Shown: positions 1-11,434, numbered from the stretch's first letter. The stretch: 64,000 nucleotides of DNA from Terriglobia bacterium (GCA_963664115.2 CAXWPJ010000009.1:896001-960000), one strand, 5' to 3'. Program-made: numbers and translations. The notes: generated by a model from the letters alone, not told the origin.

Positions 1-335
1 TGCTGGCCAACGGGGGTGGGGTGGATCACGCGCGGGTGGCAGCCATTCTGGAGACGGTGGGTTTGGAAGACCGGCGTCGTGCCCGTCCGAGCCAGCTCTC
101 CGGTGGCGAACTGCAACGGGCGGCCCTGGCACGGGCGGTTGTTCACAGACCACCACTGGTTGTCGCCGACGAACCGACAGGGAACCTGGACTCTGAAAAC
201 GGGCGGATCGTGCTGGAGCTGCTCGGCAATCTTGCCACCGAAGGCACCTCTATCGTCATGGCCACGCACAGCGACACTGCGGCAAAGTACGCAACACGCA
301 CGCTCCGGTTAGATGACGGGCAATTGGAAGGATGA
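1..335 (+). CDS. ABC transporter ATP-binding protein (LolD/MacB-like), 5' truncated by window edge
   Basis: LSGGELQR signature, Walker [13 protein letters not shown]-loop MATHS. Confidence 0.9.
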   Translation, partial: LANGGGVDHARVAAILETVGLEDRRRARPSQLSGGELQRAALARAVVHRPPLVVADEPTGNLDSENGRIVLELLGNLATEGTSIVMATHSDTAAKYATRTLRLDDGQLEG

Positions 336-2962
336 GACCTATGCTTTCCTTTCTCCGTCTTTTCCACAGAATCATCATCAAAGACACGCTCCAGAATCGC
401 CTCCGGACATTGCTGACGCTGACCGGGGTGGCCCTGGGAATTGCGGTCGTCGTGGGCGTACATCTGGCCAATGAACGTGCGGTTGATTCGTTCAACGACA
501 GCCTCGCGATAATGAACGGGCAGGCCGATTTGCAGATCTCCGCCAACGGTCTGGATCTGGACGAGACGCTGATCGGGGAACTGGCCTGGGTGTGGGACGT
601 GGGCGTCATGGCGGCAATCGTCGAAGGGCGATTGGATGTGAACATTCCACAGAACCAGCCAAACCGCAGCCCGTTTGACCGGCAGTCGGTGCGGCTGTTC
701 GGCATTGACCTTCTCTCGGACGCGCCGTTTCGGACCTACCTGCTCGAAGAAGACTCCGACGCAGACAAAAGCGAACTGGGCATGGATATCACGCGGGACG
801 ATTTTATCGATCTCCTGGTGGTACCCAATGCGGTGATCCTGCCCGCAGCTCTGGCCGATCAGCTTGCGGTCGGGGTGGGCGACACGGTCCGCTTTCTGGT
901 CTCGAACCGACTTCATGATCTCGTCGTCGGAGCCGTCTTGACGGATGCGGGAATTGCACGCGCTTTCGACGGGAAAATCGTCTTCATGGATATCGCGGCC
1001 GCCCAGTGGACTCTGAATCGTGTCGGCAGGATCGACCGGATCGAGGTTCTCCTGGACGACCCGTCGATGGCGGATGCGGTAGCAGCGCGGATGCGGGTCC
1101 AACTTCCCGAGTCGGTTGTCGTCTACCGCCCCGAAGATACCCGGGCTGAGACCGAACGGATGACCCGTGCCTTCCGTTACAATCTCCGGGCACTGAGCTA
1201 CATCGCACTCATCGTCGGCATGATCCTGATATACAACACGCTGAACATCGCTGTTGTCCGGCGCCGGAACGAAATCGGAGCGCTCCGGACGCTGGGCACG
1301 TCGCGGGCGACGATCAAATGGATGTTCCTTATCGAGGCGACCTTGTTCGGCGTTGTGGGTGCCGGCCTTGGCATTTGGCTCGGAGAACTTCTGGCCCGCG
1401 TGTCCGGAGCGCTGGTTTCCGAAACCATGTCCATGCTCTACACCGGAACATCGGTGACATCGGCGTCGGGGAGCATGGACTGGGCCTTCTATATTGAAAT
1501 GCTCGCGCTCGGAGGCATCCTCGCAGCAGCTTCGGGCGCAGGCCCCGCGTTGCGGGCCACAAACATATCGCCAGTCGAAACCTTACGGAAACCCGCTTCC
1601 CGAATAACGCCACGGTCAGTGACTCTGGGCGGTGGCGCCGCCATGGTCCTGGGAATCGCTTTGAGCTTTGCCCCCGCCGTCGGAGGCTTTCCGTTTCTGG
1701 GCTATGTCGCCGGTGTTTGCTTTATTGCCGGGTTCGCTTTGCTTTCGCCTCTCCTGGCGAGCGCCTTGCTCGGCGCGAGCCGGGGCATCGTCACGCGCGC
1801 GATGCCTGCAGAAGGACGTCTGGCCATACAGACCATCGAAGGGAGTCTGGGCCGCGTCGTCGTGGCGGTGATGTCGCTGGCGATTGCGGTGGCCATGCTT
1901 TCGAGCGTCGCGATCATGGTGGCCAGTTTCCGGGACACGGTTGTGGTGTGGGTGGATCAGACGCTGGAGGGTGATCTTTACCTGCGACCTGCGGCCTCGG
2001 GTGGGGACGGTGGACGCAACGTGCTCGAAACCGCAACGGTTGAAGCGTTGTCCTCCGTTGCTGGGATTGCCGCCATCGACCGCTTCCGCGCCATCGGCAT
2101 CGAATACGACGGGTTCCCTGCAGTGCTGGGGGCAGGTGAGTTCCGCACGCTCGGGGATCACAGCCGCTTGCTCTTCATGGACGGACGGGCGACTTCGGAC
2201 GTGGCCGCCCGGCTTGTCGGCGAAGACCGGGTTGTGGTTTCTGAGCCGTTCTCAGTGCGCCACGGTATTCGAGAAGGCGACACGATTCGCTTGCCGACTC
2301 CGTCCGGGATGCAGCCCTTCGAAGTGGAGTCGGTCTTCTATGACTATTCGACCGAAGGCGGTCTGGTCATGATGGATCGGAGCACGTACATTTCAAACTT
2401 TGACGACCGCGCCGTCAGCAACGTGGCCGTTTATCTGGAACCGGGCGTGGATGCCGATGTGGTGCGGGCCGATATTGCAGCGCGTCTCCCGGGCGTCCAA
2501 CTGCGGATCGCCACTAACGGGGAATTGCGGGGCCAGGTGTTGCGCGTCTTCGATCAGACGTTTCAGGTCACCTATGCCCTGGAACTGATCGCGCTGGCTG
2601 TGGCCATGCTGGGCATCGCCAACACGCTGGCGGCATTGATTATCGAAAGACGCCCGGAACTGGCGATGCTGCGCTTTATCGGGGCGGCACGCTCGCAGAT
2701 TCGCCGCATCATCGTTCTGGAATCGGGATTGATCGGCGTCCTCGGCGCAGTGATCGGACTCGGATTGGGCGTGGTGCTTTCGCTGCTTCTGGTTTACGTC
2801 ATCAACTTCCAATCCTTCGGTTGGACGATACAGTTCACGATGCCCGTAGGTTTCCTTGCGCAGTCCCTGGTTGTGGTACTGCTGGCAACAATCGTGGCCG
2901 GACTCTACCCGGCGTCTCTGGCTTTGAGGATGGACCCGATCGAAGGAATACGGGCCGAGTGA
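332..2962 (+). CDS. ABC transporter permease, FtsX/MacB-like tandem domains
   Basis: 876 aa, two RRxEI/LAxLRxLG motifs, many TM segments, overlaps the ATPase stop. Confidence 0.9.
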   Translation: MRPMLSFLRLFHRIIIKDTLQNRLRTLLTLTGVALGIAVVVGVHLANERAVDSFNDSLAIMNGQADLQISANGLDLDETLIGELAWVWDVGVMAAIVEGRLDVNIPQNQPNRSPFDRQSVRLFGIDLLSDAPFRTYLLEEDSDADKSELGMDITRDDFIDLLVVPNAVILPAALADQLAVGVGDTVRFLVSNRLHDLVVGAVLTDAGIARAFDGKIVFMDIAAAQWTLNRVGRIDRIEVLLDDPSMADAVAARMRVQLPESVVVYRPEDTRAETERMTRAFRYNLRALSYIALIVGMILIYNTLNIAVVRRRNEIGALRTLGTSRATIKWMFLIEATLFGVVGAGLGIWLGELLARVSGALVSETMSMLYTGTSVTSASGSMDWAFYIEMLALGGILAAASGAGPALRATNISPVETLRKPASRITPRSVTLGGGAAMVLGIALSFAPAVGGFPFLGYVAGVCFIAGFALLSPLLASALLGASRGIVTRAMPAEGRLAIQTIEGSLGRVVVAVMSLAIAVAMLSSVAIMVASFRDTVVVWVDQTLEGDLYLRPAASGGDGGRNVLETATVEALSSVAGIAAIDRFRAIGIEYDGFPAVLGAGEFRTLGDHSRLLFMDGRATSDVAARLVGEDRVVVSEPFSVRHGIREGDTIRLPTPSGMQPFEVESVFYDYSTEGGLVMMDRSTYISNFDDRAVSNVAVYLEPGVDADVVRADIAARLPGVQLRIATNGELRGQVLRVFDQTFQVTYALELIALAVAMLGIANTLAALIIERRPELAMLRFIGAARSQIRRIIVLESGLIGVLGAVIGLGLGVVLSLLLVYVINFQSFGWTIQFTMPVGFLAQSLVVVLLATIVAGLYPASLALRMDPIEGIRAE

Positions 2963-4089
2963 TGGATCACCGGCGACCAACCATTCTGACGCTAGCGGCG
3001 CTTATCGCTTTTTTGGCGGGCTCCGCCACAGCGCAGGCACCGGCACAGGTGGAAGTGTTTGAACCCGAGTACCTGCTTGCGGTTCCCGGTTACGAATTTG
3101 CGTTTCCGAGGGACCATGGCGCGCACCCCGACTACAAACTCGAATGGTGGTACTACACCGGGCACCTGGAGGCGGAAGACGGGCGCAGCTTCGGTTACGA
3201 GTTGACGTTTTTCCGGATCGGCATGGACAGACGCGCGGTCAACCCTTCGGCCTGGTCCGTGGACGATCTACACGTGGCACATTTCGCGTTGAGCCGGCTG
3301 TCGGAAGAAACATTCCAATATTGGGAACGTGTGAATCGAGCCGGACCCGGCATTGCGCACACCCGCACAGACACCCTAGACGTGCAGAACGAGAGCTGGA
3401 CGGCCAGGCTCGAAGACGGGGTCATGCATCTGCGGGCGTATGCCGAAGGCATCTTGCTCGAACTTGAGCTTCAACCGGACAAGGGCCCTGTTATCCATGG
3501 CAACGGTGTGAGTCAGAAGGCCGACGGCGTAGGTCAGGCCTCACATTACTATTCGATGACGCGAATGCGGACCGAAGGATTACTTTCGATTGACGGCCGT
3601 GCGGTCAGCGTATCCGGGGAAAGCTGGATGGATCACGAATTCGGGACCAACCAGCTGGCTCCCGATCAAGTGGGATGGGACTGGTTCAGCCTGCAGTTGG
3701 ACAACGGCGAGGAACTCATGCTCTACCAGTTGCGCTACACCGACGGCACGATCGACCCGAATTCAAGCGGGACCATGGTCTCTGCTGACGGCGAAAGCGA
3801 ACACCTCGAACGGGATCAGTTCACGGTTCGATCTCTCCGCGACTGGGCGAGTCCAAAGAGCGAAGCCGTTTACCGCCTGGATTGGGAGCTGACGTTGCCT
3901 GGACATAACACGGCCTTGCGGGTGATTCCTTTGATGGACGACCAGGAACTCTACACCGTGCGCTCCACCGGAATCGCTTACTGGGAAGGTGCGGTCCGCG
4001 TTGAAGGCGTATGGAAAGGCCAAGCGGTCACCGGCCGGGGTTATGTTGAACTGACCGGCTACTCGACCCGGTACCGGCCCAGCGTATGA
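2962..4089 (+). CDS. Secreted lipocalin-like / AttH (carotenoid 1,2-hydratase-like) protein
   Basis: FPRDHGAHP..EWWYYTG, WMDHEF, GWDWFSLQL, YWEG and GYVELTGY motifs; start coupled to the permease stop. Confidence 0.85.
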   Translation: MDHRRPTILTLAALIAFLAGSATAQAPAQVEVFEPEYLLAVPGYEFAFPRDHGAHPDYKLEWWYYTGHLEAEDGRSFGYELTFFRIGMDRRAVNPSAWSVDDLHVAHFALSRLSEETFQYWERVNRAGPGIAHTRTDTLDVQNESWTARLEDGVMHLRAYAEGILLELELQPDKGPVIHGNGVSQKADGVGQASHYYSMTRMRTEGLLSIDGRAVSVSGESWMDHEFGTNQLAPDQVGWDWFSLQLDNGEELMLYQLRYTDGTIDPNSSGTMVSADGESEHLERDQFTVRSLRDWASPKSEAVYRLDWELTLPGHNTALRVIPLMDDQELYTVRSTGIAYWEGAVRVEGVWKGQAVTGRGYVELTGYSTRYRPSV

Positions 4090-4484
4090 CGGCGCCTCCC
4101 ACCGTCACAGTCGTCGCCGCCATCATCCGCCGCCACGGCCATCTGCTTCTGACCCAGCGCCCGGAAGGTGTCCACCTTGCAGGGCAGTGGGAGTTTCCCG
4201 GGGGGAAAGTGGAGCCAGGCGAGTCGCACGAAGTGGCCCTACGGAGAGAAATCGCCGAAGAACTCGGAATAACTATCGAAGCCGGTCCACTATATATGGC
4301 GAGCGCGCATCAATATCCCGAACGTGCGGTCCATCTTCATTTCTTCGAATGCCGGATCCTCGAAGGCGAGCCTGATCCTCGTAGCGCCACGGTGCTGGGG
4401 TGGTTCAAGCCGGAAGAACTCAGTGGACTGGATGTACCGGAAGCGAACGGTGAACTGGTGGCAAAACTGCAGTCGGAGGAATGA
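4086..4484 (+). CDS. MutT-like Nudix hydrolase
   Basis: WEFPGGKVEPGES..ALRREIAEELG Nudix box. Confidence 0.9.
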   Translation: MTAPPTVTVVAAIIRRHGHLLLTQRPEGVHLAGQWEFPGGKVEPGESHEVALRREIAEELGITIEAGPLYMASAHQYPERAVHLHFFECRILEGEPDPRSATVLGWFKPEELSGLDVPEANGELVAKLQSEE

Positions 4485-4619
4485 AGATGCTCCTGAGGCG
4501 ACGCAATGTTCTTGTTTGGTAGTTTCCGGTAAAAGATTTCGCTCGGTCGTTCAGAGTAAGAAGATGATCCGCGGGGGCCAACAACAAGCTGTTAATCACC
4601 CAATATCCAACTCCGATAC

Positions 4620-4921
4620 CTAGTGACCTGTACCTCCCAAATCGGGACCAGCGCCGATGGGTCTTGCCGGGGAGATCGAGGCGCGAGACGGAAGTCGATG
4701 TCTTCACATCGACGACGGCTCGTAACGAAGATATCGCCGGCAACCCCCATCGGCCCAGAGGGTTCGTGCGAAACGGCATTGTCTTCGTCGTCGTCAGCTC
4801 CTCGCAATAATAGGAGTATTTACTCGTCGCCGTGACATCGAGTCGTCGCCAAGTCGTCGCCTGGAATCCAACGCCGTTTGGCCCGAACGCCGGTCCCGAT
4901 TTGGGTGGTACAGGCCACTAG
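4620..4921. mobile_element. MITE-like non-autonomous element
   Basis: ~30-bp terminal inverted repeats (CTAGTGACCTGTACCTCCCAAATCGGGACC / GGTCCCGATTTGGGTGGTACAGGCCACTAG), CTAG at both ends, no transposase. Confidence 0.7.
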
Positions 4922-6774
4922 TCCCTGAACAAGCGTGATTGACGAGGAAATGATAGTGCAATAAGAGCGGAAGTACCCGAAATGCCCCCTCTCCGTGCGA
5001 AAAAAACCTTGAACAGATTCTTCGGAAAAGGAGGCATTTCAGATGAACGATTATACGCGCAAGAACATGAGGAACCGCAAGCGGCGAATCGAACGTCGGC
5101 TTGGGGACCGGCATTGGACGGATCAGGTAGAGCCGATGTTTTCGGCGAGCAACATTCAGTACGAGATGGGAGAGCGGACGCGGGGCACATCGGTTGGTGG
5201 TATCGGGACGATGCAACTGGTGGCGCGGCGGACCGGGCTGATCGAAGCCATCGACAAGGGCGTGCATGTGTTGAAGCGGCACCTGCCGTATCACGAGTCG
5301 GATCACGTGCTGAACATCGCCTACAACGCCTTGAGCGGAGGAACGTGCCTGGAAGACATCGAACTGCGGCGCAACGATGCGGTGTATCTGGATGCGCTGG
5401 GAGCGCAACGGATTCCGGATCCGACGACGGCGGGAGACTTCTGCCGGAGATTCGAGGCCGACGACGTGGAGTGTCTGATGGAGGCAACCAATCAAGTCCG
5501 GCTCGGAGTCTGGCGACAGCAACCGGCGGCGTTTTTCGAAGAAGCGGTGTTGGACGCGGACGGGACACTGGCCGAAACCACGGGGGAATGCAAGCAAGGG
5601 ATGGACGTGGCCTACGACGGGACGTGGGGATATCACCCGCTGATGATCTCGCTGGCCAACACCGCCGAACCGCTGTATCTGGTCAATCGTAGCGGCAACC
5701 GGCCGTCGCATGAAGGAGCCGCGGTCCGGTTCGACCAAGCCATCGCATTGTGCCGGCATGCGGGGTTTCGCCAGATCCTGCTGCGCGGGGACACGGACTT
5801 CAGCCAGACCCGGCATCTGGACGGATGGGACGACCAGCAGGTGGGTTTCATATTCGGGATTGACGCGATGGCGAACCTGAAGGCCCGGGCCGATGAACTG
5901 GAGCCGCGCCAGTGGAAGCGCCTGGAACGGCCCGCGAAATACGACGTGGCGACCGAACCGCGCCAACGTCCCGACAACGTGAAGGAAGAGATCGTTCGGC
6001 AGCGCGGTTTCGACAATATCCGCTTGCAGGGTGAGGATGTGGCCGAGTTTCGGTATCGACCCGGAGCCTGCGATCGGGACTACCGTGTCGTCGTGGTGCG
6101 GAAGAATCTGTCGGTGGCCAAAGGAGAGCAGGTGTTGTTTGACGACATCCGGTACTTCTTCTACATTACCAACCGTTCGGATCCGGCCGACCAGATTGTG
6201 ATGCGTGCCAATCAACGGTGCAATCAGGAGAATCTCATTGAGCAGTTGAAGAACGGCGTTCAGGCGTTGCGGATGCCGGTCGGAGATCAGACCAGCAACT
6301 GGGCCTACATGGTGATCGCGTCACTGGCCTGGACACTGAAAGCGTGGTTTGCATTGCTGCTTCCCGAAACCGGACGTTGGGGCCAAAAATATCAGGCTGA
6401 GAAGCAAACCGTGCTGCGCATGGAGTTCAAAACCTTCTTGAACGCTTTCATGCTTGTGCCGTGCCAACTCGTGCGCACCGGGCGGCGCATTCTGTTCCGG
6501 ATCCTGGCCTGGAACCGGTGGTTGCCGGTCTTGTTCCGCGGGGTGGATGTGTTGCGTCAGCCTCTGCGATGTTGACCCGATCATGACTCTGAGCCCGGGC
6601 GATCGAGGTCCCGGTTTCTGTCAACCGTCCAACACCAGCGAGGCTGAACTGAAACAGATTCAACAGAAACTCGATACCTGGAACAGGCCATCCGGGAACG
6701 GGATTCTATGCCTCGAATTCTATCGGCGCGAACTGGGCCTCGGCGGACTGGTTATGCGCTTGTTTTGGGACTAG
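4918..6774 (+). mobile_element. IS1380-family element, copy 1
   Basis: TIRs CCCTGAACAAGCG / CGCTTGTTTTGGG, CTAG flanks, near-identical copies at 9578 and 42024. Confidence 0.9.
5043..6575 (+). CDS. IS1380-family transposase
   Basis: 510 aa, LDADGT, LRGDTDF and R..QENLIEQLK DDE motifs. Confidence 0.9.
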   Translation: MNDYTRKNMRNRKRRIERRLGDRHWTDQVEPMFSASNIQYEMGERTRGTSVGGIGTMQLVARRTGLIEAIDKGVHVLKRHLPYHESDHVLNIAYNALSGGTCLEDIELRRNDAVYLDALGAQRIPDPTTAGDFCRRFEADDVECLMEATNQVRLGVWRQQPAAFFEEAVLDADGTLAETTGECKQGMDVAYDGTWGYHPLMISLANTAEPLYLVNRSGNRPSHEGAAVRFDQAIALCRHAGFRQILLRGDTDFSQTRHLDGWDDQQVGFIFGIDAMANLKARADELEPRQWKRLERPAKYDVATEPRQRPDNVKEEIVRQRGFDNIRLQGEDVAEFRYRPGACDRDYRVVVVRKNLSVAKGEQVLFDDIRYFFYITNRSDPADQIVMRANQRCNQENLIEQLKNGVQALRMPVGDQTSNWAYMVIASLAWTLKAWFALLLPETGRWGQKYQAEKQTVLRMEFKTFLNAFMLVPCQLVRTGRRILFRILAWNRWLPVLFRGVDVLRQPLRC

Positions 6775-7162
6775 CCGCTCGCACCCTGCCAGATAGGTTG
6801 CCTACGTGCGAAATTCTTTTGGACATTTCAAGCGTTGATTGACTGTGAGTCGTTCCGAACACTCAGAAGCTACGTTTAGCCGGTCGGTTCGTCATTCGGA
6901 TGTTGCGAGCACCTTCCTTCGTGACACGGAAAGAGGTCGCGGCGACCAGGTCAAACGGGGCTCCAGTTGACAATACCCCTGACAAGGAACAGCATAGACA
7001 CACGATGATCAGAAGAGGCCGCCCCCTTTCCAGCCATGGGCGTCCGATCCCGTGGGGGCTTCGCGGCCCTGAATAACGAACAACATCCTGATGAAGTTCG
7101 GCGTCATACGAACAGGTATTTGCTCGACTCTTCCGGGCCCAACCGAATAAGGAGAGTCGAGC

Positions 7163-7936
7163 ATGACTGAGTCTCATCCCGTAACCACAGCGCTTCTGTT
7201 AGCTGCGGGCACGGGAACCCGTCTCCGACCAGTAACCGCGGACGCTCCGAAATGTCTGACCGAGATCGCGGGGCGATCCATCCTCGGGCGAGTGGTGGAC
7301 AATCTGCGTGCACAGAAGATCGAGCGGCTGGTGGTGGTGATCGGGCACCACGGCGCTCGTATCCGTGAATTCCTACGCCACAGCACCGGTAGCATGCGGA
7401 TCGACTACGTATTCAATCCAGAGTACCGGACAACCAATAATATCTACTCTCTCTGGTTGGCCCGGCAGCAGGTCCGCGAGTCATTCCTGTTGATGGAGAG
7501 CGATCTGGTGTTCGATGCCTCGATGCTGACGGACATGCTCCGCCCTGACAAGATCGCAATTTCGAACATCCTTCCATGGATGAACGGAACGACGGTGGGC
7601 CTTGACGGAGCCCGAAAGCGGGTCACGAGTTTCCACGTCGGGCCCAGACCGTGTGATGGGCCGCGCTATAAGACGGTAAACCTCTACAGCCTGTCGTTGA
7701 AGACCTGGGTTTCTGTCGAGAAACGGTTGAGCCGCTATATTTCGGAAGGGAGACTCGGTGAGTATTATGAGGCTGTGTTTGCCGATATGGTTGCCGACGA
7801 CTCGCTCCGCTTCGATGCCGTCTTCTTTAATGAGGATCGGTGGTATGAAATCGATACGCTGACGGACCTAGACAAAGCGGATCAGATGTTTCGCCGGTCC
7901 CGGCCTATCCCCAGATCGCTCTCTGTTGGCTACTGA
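7163..7936 (+). CDS. Phosphocholine cytidylyltransferase-like (LicC family) nucleotidyltransferase
   Basis: LLAAGTGTRL..PKCL, NPEYRTTNNIYSL, ESD, WYEIDT..DL. Confidence 0.8.
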   Translation: MTESHPVTTALLLAAGTGTRLRPVTADAPKCLTEIAGRSILGRVVDNLRAQKIERLVVVIGHHGARIREFLRHSTGSMRIDYVFNPEYRTTNNIYSLWLARQQVRESFLLMESDLVFDASMLTDMLRPDKIAISNILPWMNGTTVGLDGARKRVTSFHVGPRPCDGPRYKTVNLYSLSLKTWVSVEKRLSRYISEGRLGEYYEAVFADMVADDSLRFDAVFFNEDRWYEIDTLTDLDKADQMFRRSRPIPRSLSVGY

Positions 7937-7950
7937 ACGGGTTTCTACGC

Positions 7951-8763
7951 TTGTCTGAAATCAACCAAACATCGGTCAACCGGTATTGGGCGGAAGTGAC
8001 ACCGTCTATCCTCGGGCCGTACATGATGGACGGCTTTGGTTTTCCCCTGAGCGCCGGTAATTTTCGCTTCCGGGCGGAATCCCTAATCGTTCGGAGGCTG
8101 ACCCGAAATTTGGACCGGAATGGGATAGCGCTCGACCTCGGTAGCGGCATCGGTCATTGGGCCGAGTTGTTCGCGCACGATTTCTCCCGAGTGGTCGCCG
8201 TCGAGGGCAGCCACGGACTCTATCAAGCGCTCAAAGAGCGGTGTGCAGGGTACGCCAACATCAGCCCTGTACTGGGCAATGTCCTGTCGTTCGAACTCGG
8301 TGGCAAGTATGATCTGGTCTTTCTGGGTGGCTTACTCATGTACCTCGACGAGAACGACCTGATTGCCCTGTTACAGCGACTGGCACCATGTCTAGGGCCG
8401 AGTGGGGTAATCCTGTGCCGAGAGTCCACTGTCCGGGGCGAGACCGTGACACGCAAGGGTGACTATCCGGTCGTATATCGTTCCGTATCGTCCTACAGAG
8501 ACTTGTTCGGGCGCTGTGGATTTATGGTCCAGCACGTCGAGCGAAACGAGCCGTATGTCCTTTTGCAAATGGCCTGTGAGCTGATCAAGAAATGGAAAGA
8601 GTTTGTGCCGACGCGTTTCCAGGCGCTCGGGATCGCAGGTCCGTTGGCCTATGGTGGAATGCGGCTGGGAAATCCCTGGATCATGCACCTTCTCAGAGCC
8701 CTGGGAATCTCGTTTCCGACACTGGAAAACCATTTCTTCGTGCTGAGAATGGGTGCCCCTTGA
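7951..8763 (+). CDS. Class I SAM methyltransferase, phosphoethanolamine N-methyltransferase-like
   Basis: LDLGSGIG motif I; LLMYL..R..L..G.ILCRES..R..YP..YR pattern recalls the plant PEAMT N-terminal domain. Confidence 0.75.
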   Translation: MSEINQTSVNRYWAEVTPSILGPYMMDGFGFPLSAGNFRFRAESLIVRRLTRNLDRNGIALDLGSGIGHWAELFAHDFSRVVAVEGSHGLYQALKERCAGYANISPVLGNVLSFELGGKYDLVFLGGLLMYLDENDLIALLQRLAPCLGPSGVILCRESTVRGETVTRKGDYPVVYRSVSSYRDLFGRCGFMVQHVERNEPYVLLQMACELIKKWKEFVPTRFQALGIAGPLAYGGMRLGNPWIMHLLRALGISFPTLENHFFVLRMGAP

Positions 8764-9455
8764 GCCATCCGACAGGACTTGTTCAAGGAAAGTTCCTGTA
8801 TCGAAATCTGGCTAATGCCACATCCATCCTCGGTGTGCTACCCGTGGCGTTGCTGTTCCTGGAAGATGGCTTCCGCTATCTGCTCCCGTTGATCGTCTTC
8901 AACAATATAATGGACGACCTGGATGGTGTCCTGGCCGCGAAGCTCGGCATCAGCAGCCGGTTCGGAGCTACTCTCGATAATCTATGTGATGGGGTTGCCC
9001 ATGTCGTCCTGGCCCTGGCGGTCGGTGCACACTTTGGTGGCATGGTCCTGATACTCAGTACGGTTGCTACGGGATCGATCATCCTCCGCGTGGCATCGCG
9101 GCTGGAGCCTGATCGGGCTGCCGAGGGCGGCTCGCCGACCAACGAACTCATGCGCCACCTGTTGTTCACGCTTCTATTGGCCGAAATACTGGGTTTCGAT
9201 TCCGGGCCTGTACTGATAGTTGTGTTCTTGCTGCATTCGGTATCAATGCTCGTGTCTTACAGAATGTCAGCCCTCATACGAGCGCACGCGAAATCGGTAG
9301 TTACGGTTGGTCTGGTGAATACCGCGCTGGTCGTGGCATGGTTTACGCCGGTTGTTGCTCTACCCGTCGCGGTAGTTTTTGGGTCCACGTATTTATATTC
9401 CTTGATCGCGGGCGGGATTCAGTGCCTCAGGGGCCGGAGCTTGATGTCGACTTGA
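8760..9455 (+). CDS. CDP-alcohol phosphatidyltransferase
   Basis: DDLDGVLA..G..LDNLCD signature, hydrophobic; TTG start overlaps the upstream stop. Confidence 0.85.
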   Translation: MSHPTGLVQGKFLYRNLANATSILGVLPVALLFLEDGFRYLLPLIVFNNIMDDLDGVLAAKLGISSRFGATLDNLCDGVAHVVLALAVGAHFGGMVLILSTVATGSIILRVASRLEPDRAAEGGSPTNELMRHLLFTLLLAEILGFDSGPVLIVVFLLHSVSMLVSYRMSALIRAHAKSVVTVGLVNTALVVAWFTPVVALPVAVVFGSTYLYSLIAGGIQCLRGRSLMST

Positions 9456-9577
9456 GAGTCGACTGCCGAACTGATGCGTCATGGTCGCCGGTTAATCAGG
9501 TCGGGGGGGGGGGGGGGGGGGGGACGGTTTGCAGGTCGTGAAAGAACGCGACCGCAAGATCTGGTGATGAGCCCACT

Positions 9578-11434
9578 CTAGTCCCAAAACAAGCGCATAA
9601 CCAGTCCGCCGAGGCCCAGTTCGCGCCGATAGAATTCGAGGCATAGAATCCCGTTCCCGGATGGCCTGTTCCAGGTATCGAGTTTCTGTTGAATCTGTTT
9701 CAGTTCAGCCTCGCTGGTGTTGGACGGTTGACAGAAACCGGGACCTCGATCGCCCGGGCTCAGAGTCATGATCGGGTCAACATCGCAGAGGCTGACGCAA
9801 CACATCCACCCCGCGGAACAAGACCGGCAACCACCGGTTCCAGGCCAGGATCCGGAACAGAATGCGCCGCCCGGTGCGCACGAGTTGGCACGGCACAAGC
9901 ATGAAAGCGTTCAAGAAGGTTTTGAACTCCATGCGCAGCACGGTTTGCTTCTCAGCCTGATATTTTTGGCCCCAACGTCCGGTTTCGGGAAGCAGCAATG
10001 CAAACCACGCTTTCAGTGTCCAGGCCAGTGACGCGATCACCATGTAGGCCCAGTTGCTGGTCTGATCTCCGACCGGCATCCGCAACGCCTGAACGCCGTT
10101 CTTCAACTGCTCAATGAGATTCTCCTGATTGCACCGTTGATTGGCACGCATCACAATCTGGTCGGCCGGATCCGAACGGTTGGTAATGTAGAAGAAGTAC
10201 CGGATGTCGTCAAACAACACCTGCTCTCCTTTGGCCACCGACAGATTCTTCCGCACCACGACGACACGGTAGTCCCGATCGCAGGCTCCGGGTCGATACC
10301 GAAACTCGGCCACATCCTCACCCTGCAAGCGGATATTGTCGAAACCGCGCTGCCGAACGATCTCTTCCTTCACGTTGTCGGGACGTTGGCGCGGTTCGGT
10401 CGCCACGTCGTATTTCGCGGGCCGTTCCAGGCGCTTCCACTGGCGCGGCTCCAGTTCATCGGCCCGGGCCTTCAGGTTCGCCATCGCGTCAATCCCGAAT
10501 ATGAAACCCACCTGCTGGTCGTCCCATCCGTCCAGATGCCGGGTCTGGCTGAAGTCCGTGTCCCCGCGCAGCAGGATCTGGCGAAACCCCGCATGCCGGC
10601 ACAATGCGATGGCTTGGTCGAACCGGACCGCGGCTCCTTCATGCGACGGCCGGTTGCCGCTACGATTGACCAGATACAGCGGTTCGGCGGTGTTGGCCAG
10701 CGAGATCATCAGCGGGTGATATCCCCACGTCCCGTCGTAGGCCACGTCCATCCCTTGCTTGCATTCCCCCGTGGTTTCGGCCAGTGTCCCGTCCGCGTCC
10801 AACACCGCTTCTTCGAAAAACGCCGCCGGTTGCTGTCGCCAGACTCCGAGCCGGACTTGATTGGTTGCCTCCATCAGACACTCCACGTCGTCGGCCTCGA
10901 ATCTCCGGCAGAAGTCTCCCGCCGTCGTCGGATCCGGAATCCGTTGCGCTCCCAGCGCATCCAGATACACCGCATCGTTGCGCCGCAGTTCGATGTCTTC
11001 CAGGCACGTTCCTCCGCTCAAGGCGTTGTAGGCGATGTTCAGCACGTGATCCGACTCGTGATACGGCAGGTGCCGCTTCAACACATGCACGCCCTTGTCG
11101 ATGGCTTCGATCAGCCCGGTCCGCCGCGCCACCAGTTGCATCGTCCCGATACCACCAACCGATGTGCCCCGCGTCCGCTCTCCCATCTCGTACTGAATGT
11201 TGCTCGCCGAAAACATCGGCTCTACCTGATCCGTCCAATGCCGGTCCCCAAGCCGACGTTCGATTCGCCGCTTGCGGTTCCTCATGTTCTTGCGCGTATA
11301 ATCGTTCATCTGAAATGCCTCCTTTTCCGAAGAATCTGTTCAAGGTTTTTTTCGCACGGAGACGGGGCATTTCGGGTACTTCCGCTCTTATTGCACTATC
11401 ATTTCCTCGTCAATCACGCTTGTTCAGGGTCTAG
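9578..11434 (-). mobile_element. IS1380-family element, copy 2
   Basis: Same TIRs; 6-bp target duplication TCTAGT. Confidence 0.9.
9777..11309 (-). CDS. IS1380-family transposase
   Basis: Identical protein to 5043-6575. Confidence 0.9.
   Translation of the reverse strand: MNDYTRKNMRNRKRRIERRLGDRHWTDQVEPMFSASNIQYEMGERTRGTSVGGIGTMQLVARRTGLIEAIDKGVHVLKRHLPYHESDHVLNIAYNALSGGTCLEDIELRRNDAVYLDALGAQRIPDPTTAGDFCRRFEADDVECLMEATNQVRLGVWRQQPAAFFEEAVLDADGTLAETTGECKQGMDVAYDGTWGYHPLMISLANTAEPLYLVNRSGNRPSHEGAAVRFDQAIALCRHAGFRQILLRGDTDFSQTRHLDGWDDQQVGFIFGIDAMANLKARADELEPRQWKRLERPAKYDVATEPRQRPDNVKEEIVRQRGFDNIRLQGEDVAEFRYRPGACDRDYRVVVVRKNLSVAKGEQVLFDDIRYFFYITNRSDPADQIVMRANQRCNQENLIEQLKNGVQALRMPVGDQTSNWAYMVIASLAWTLKAWFALLLPETGRWGQKYQAEKQTVLRMEFKTFLNAFMLVPCQLVRTGRRILFRILAWNRWLPVLFRGVDVLRQPLRC

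Noticed and set aside
4794-6215. Long antisense ORFs over transposases and other genes (also 10137, 17216, 42583, 143)
   Set aside because: Shadow frames of GC-rich coding sequence with no recognisable motifs.
9503-9523. Poly-G run of about 21 nt as a phase-variation or G-quadruplex site
   Set aside because: Intergenic, downstream of the operon and next to an IS end; a sequencing artefact cannot be excluded.
4918-11434. Composite transposon of two inverted IS1380 copies around the lipid operon
   Set aside because: Copy 2 has its own TCTAGT duplication and copy 1 has near-matching ACTAGT/ACTAGC flanks, which fits independent insertions better; movement as a unit is not shown.
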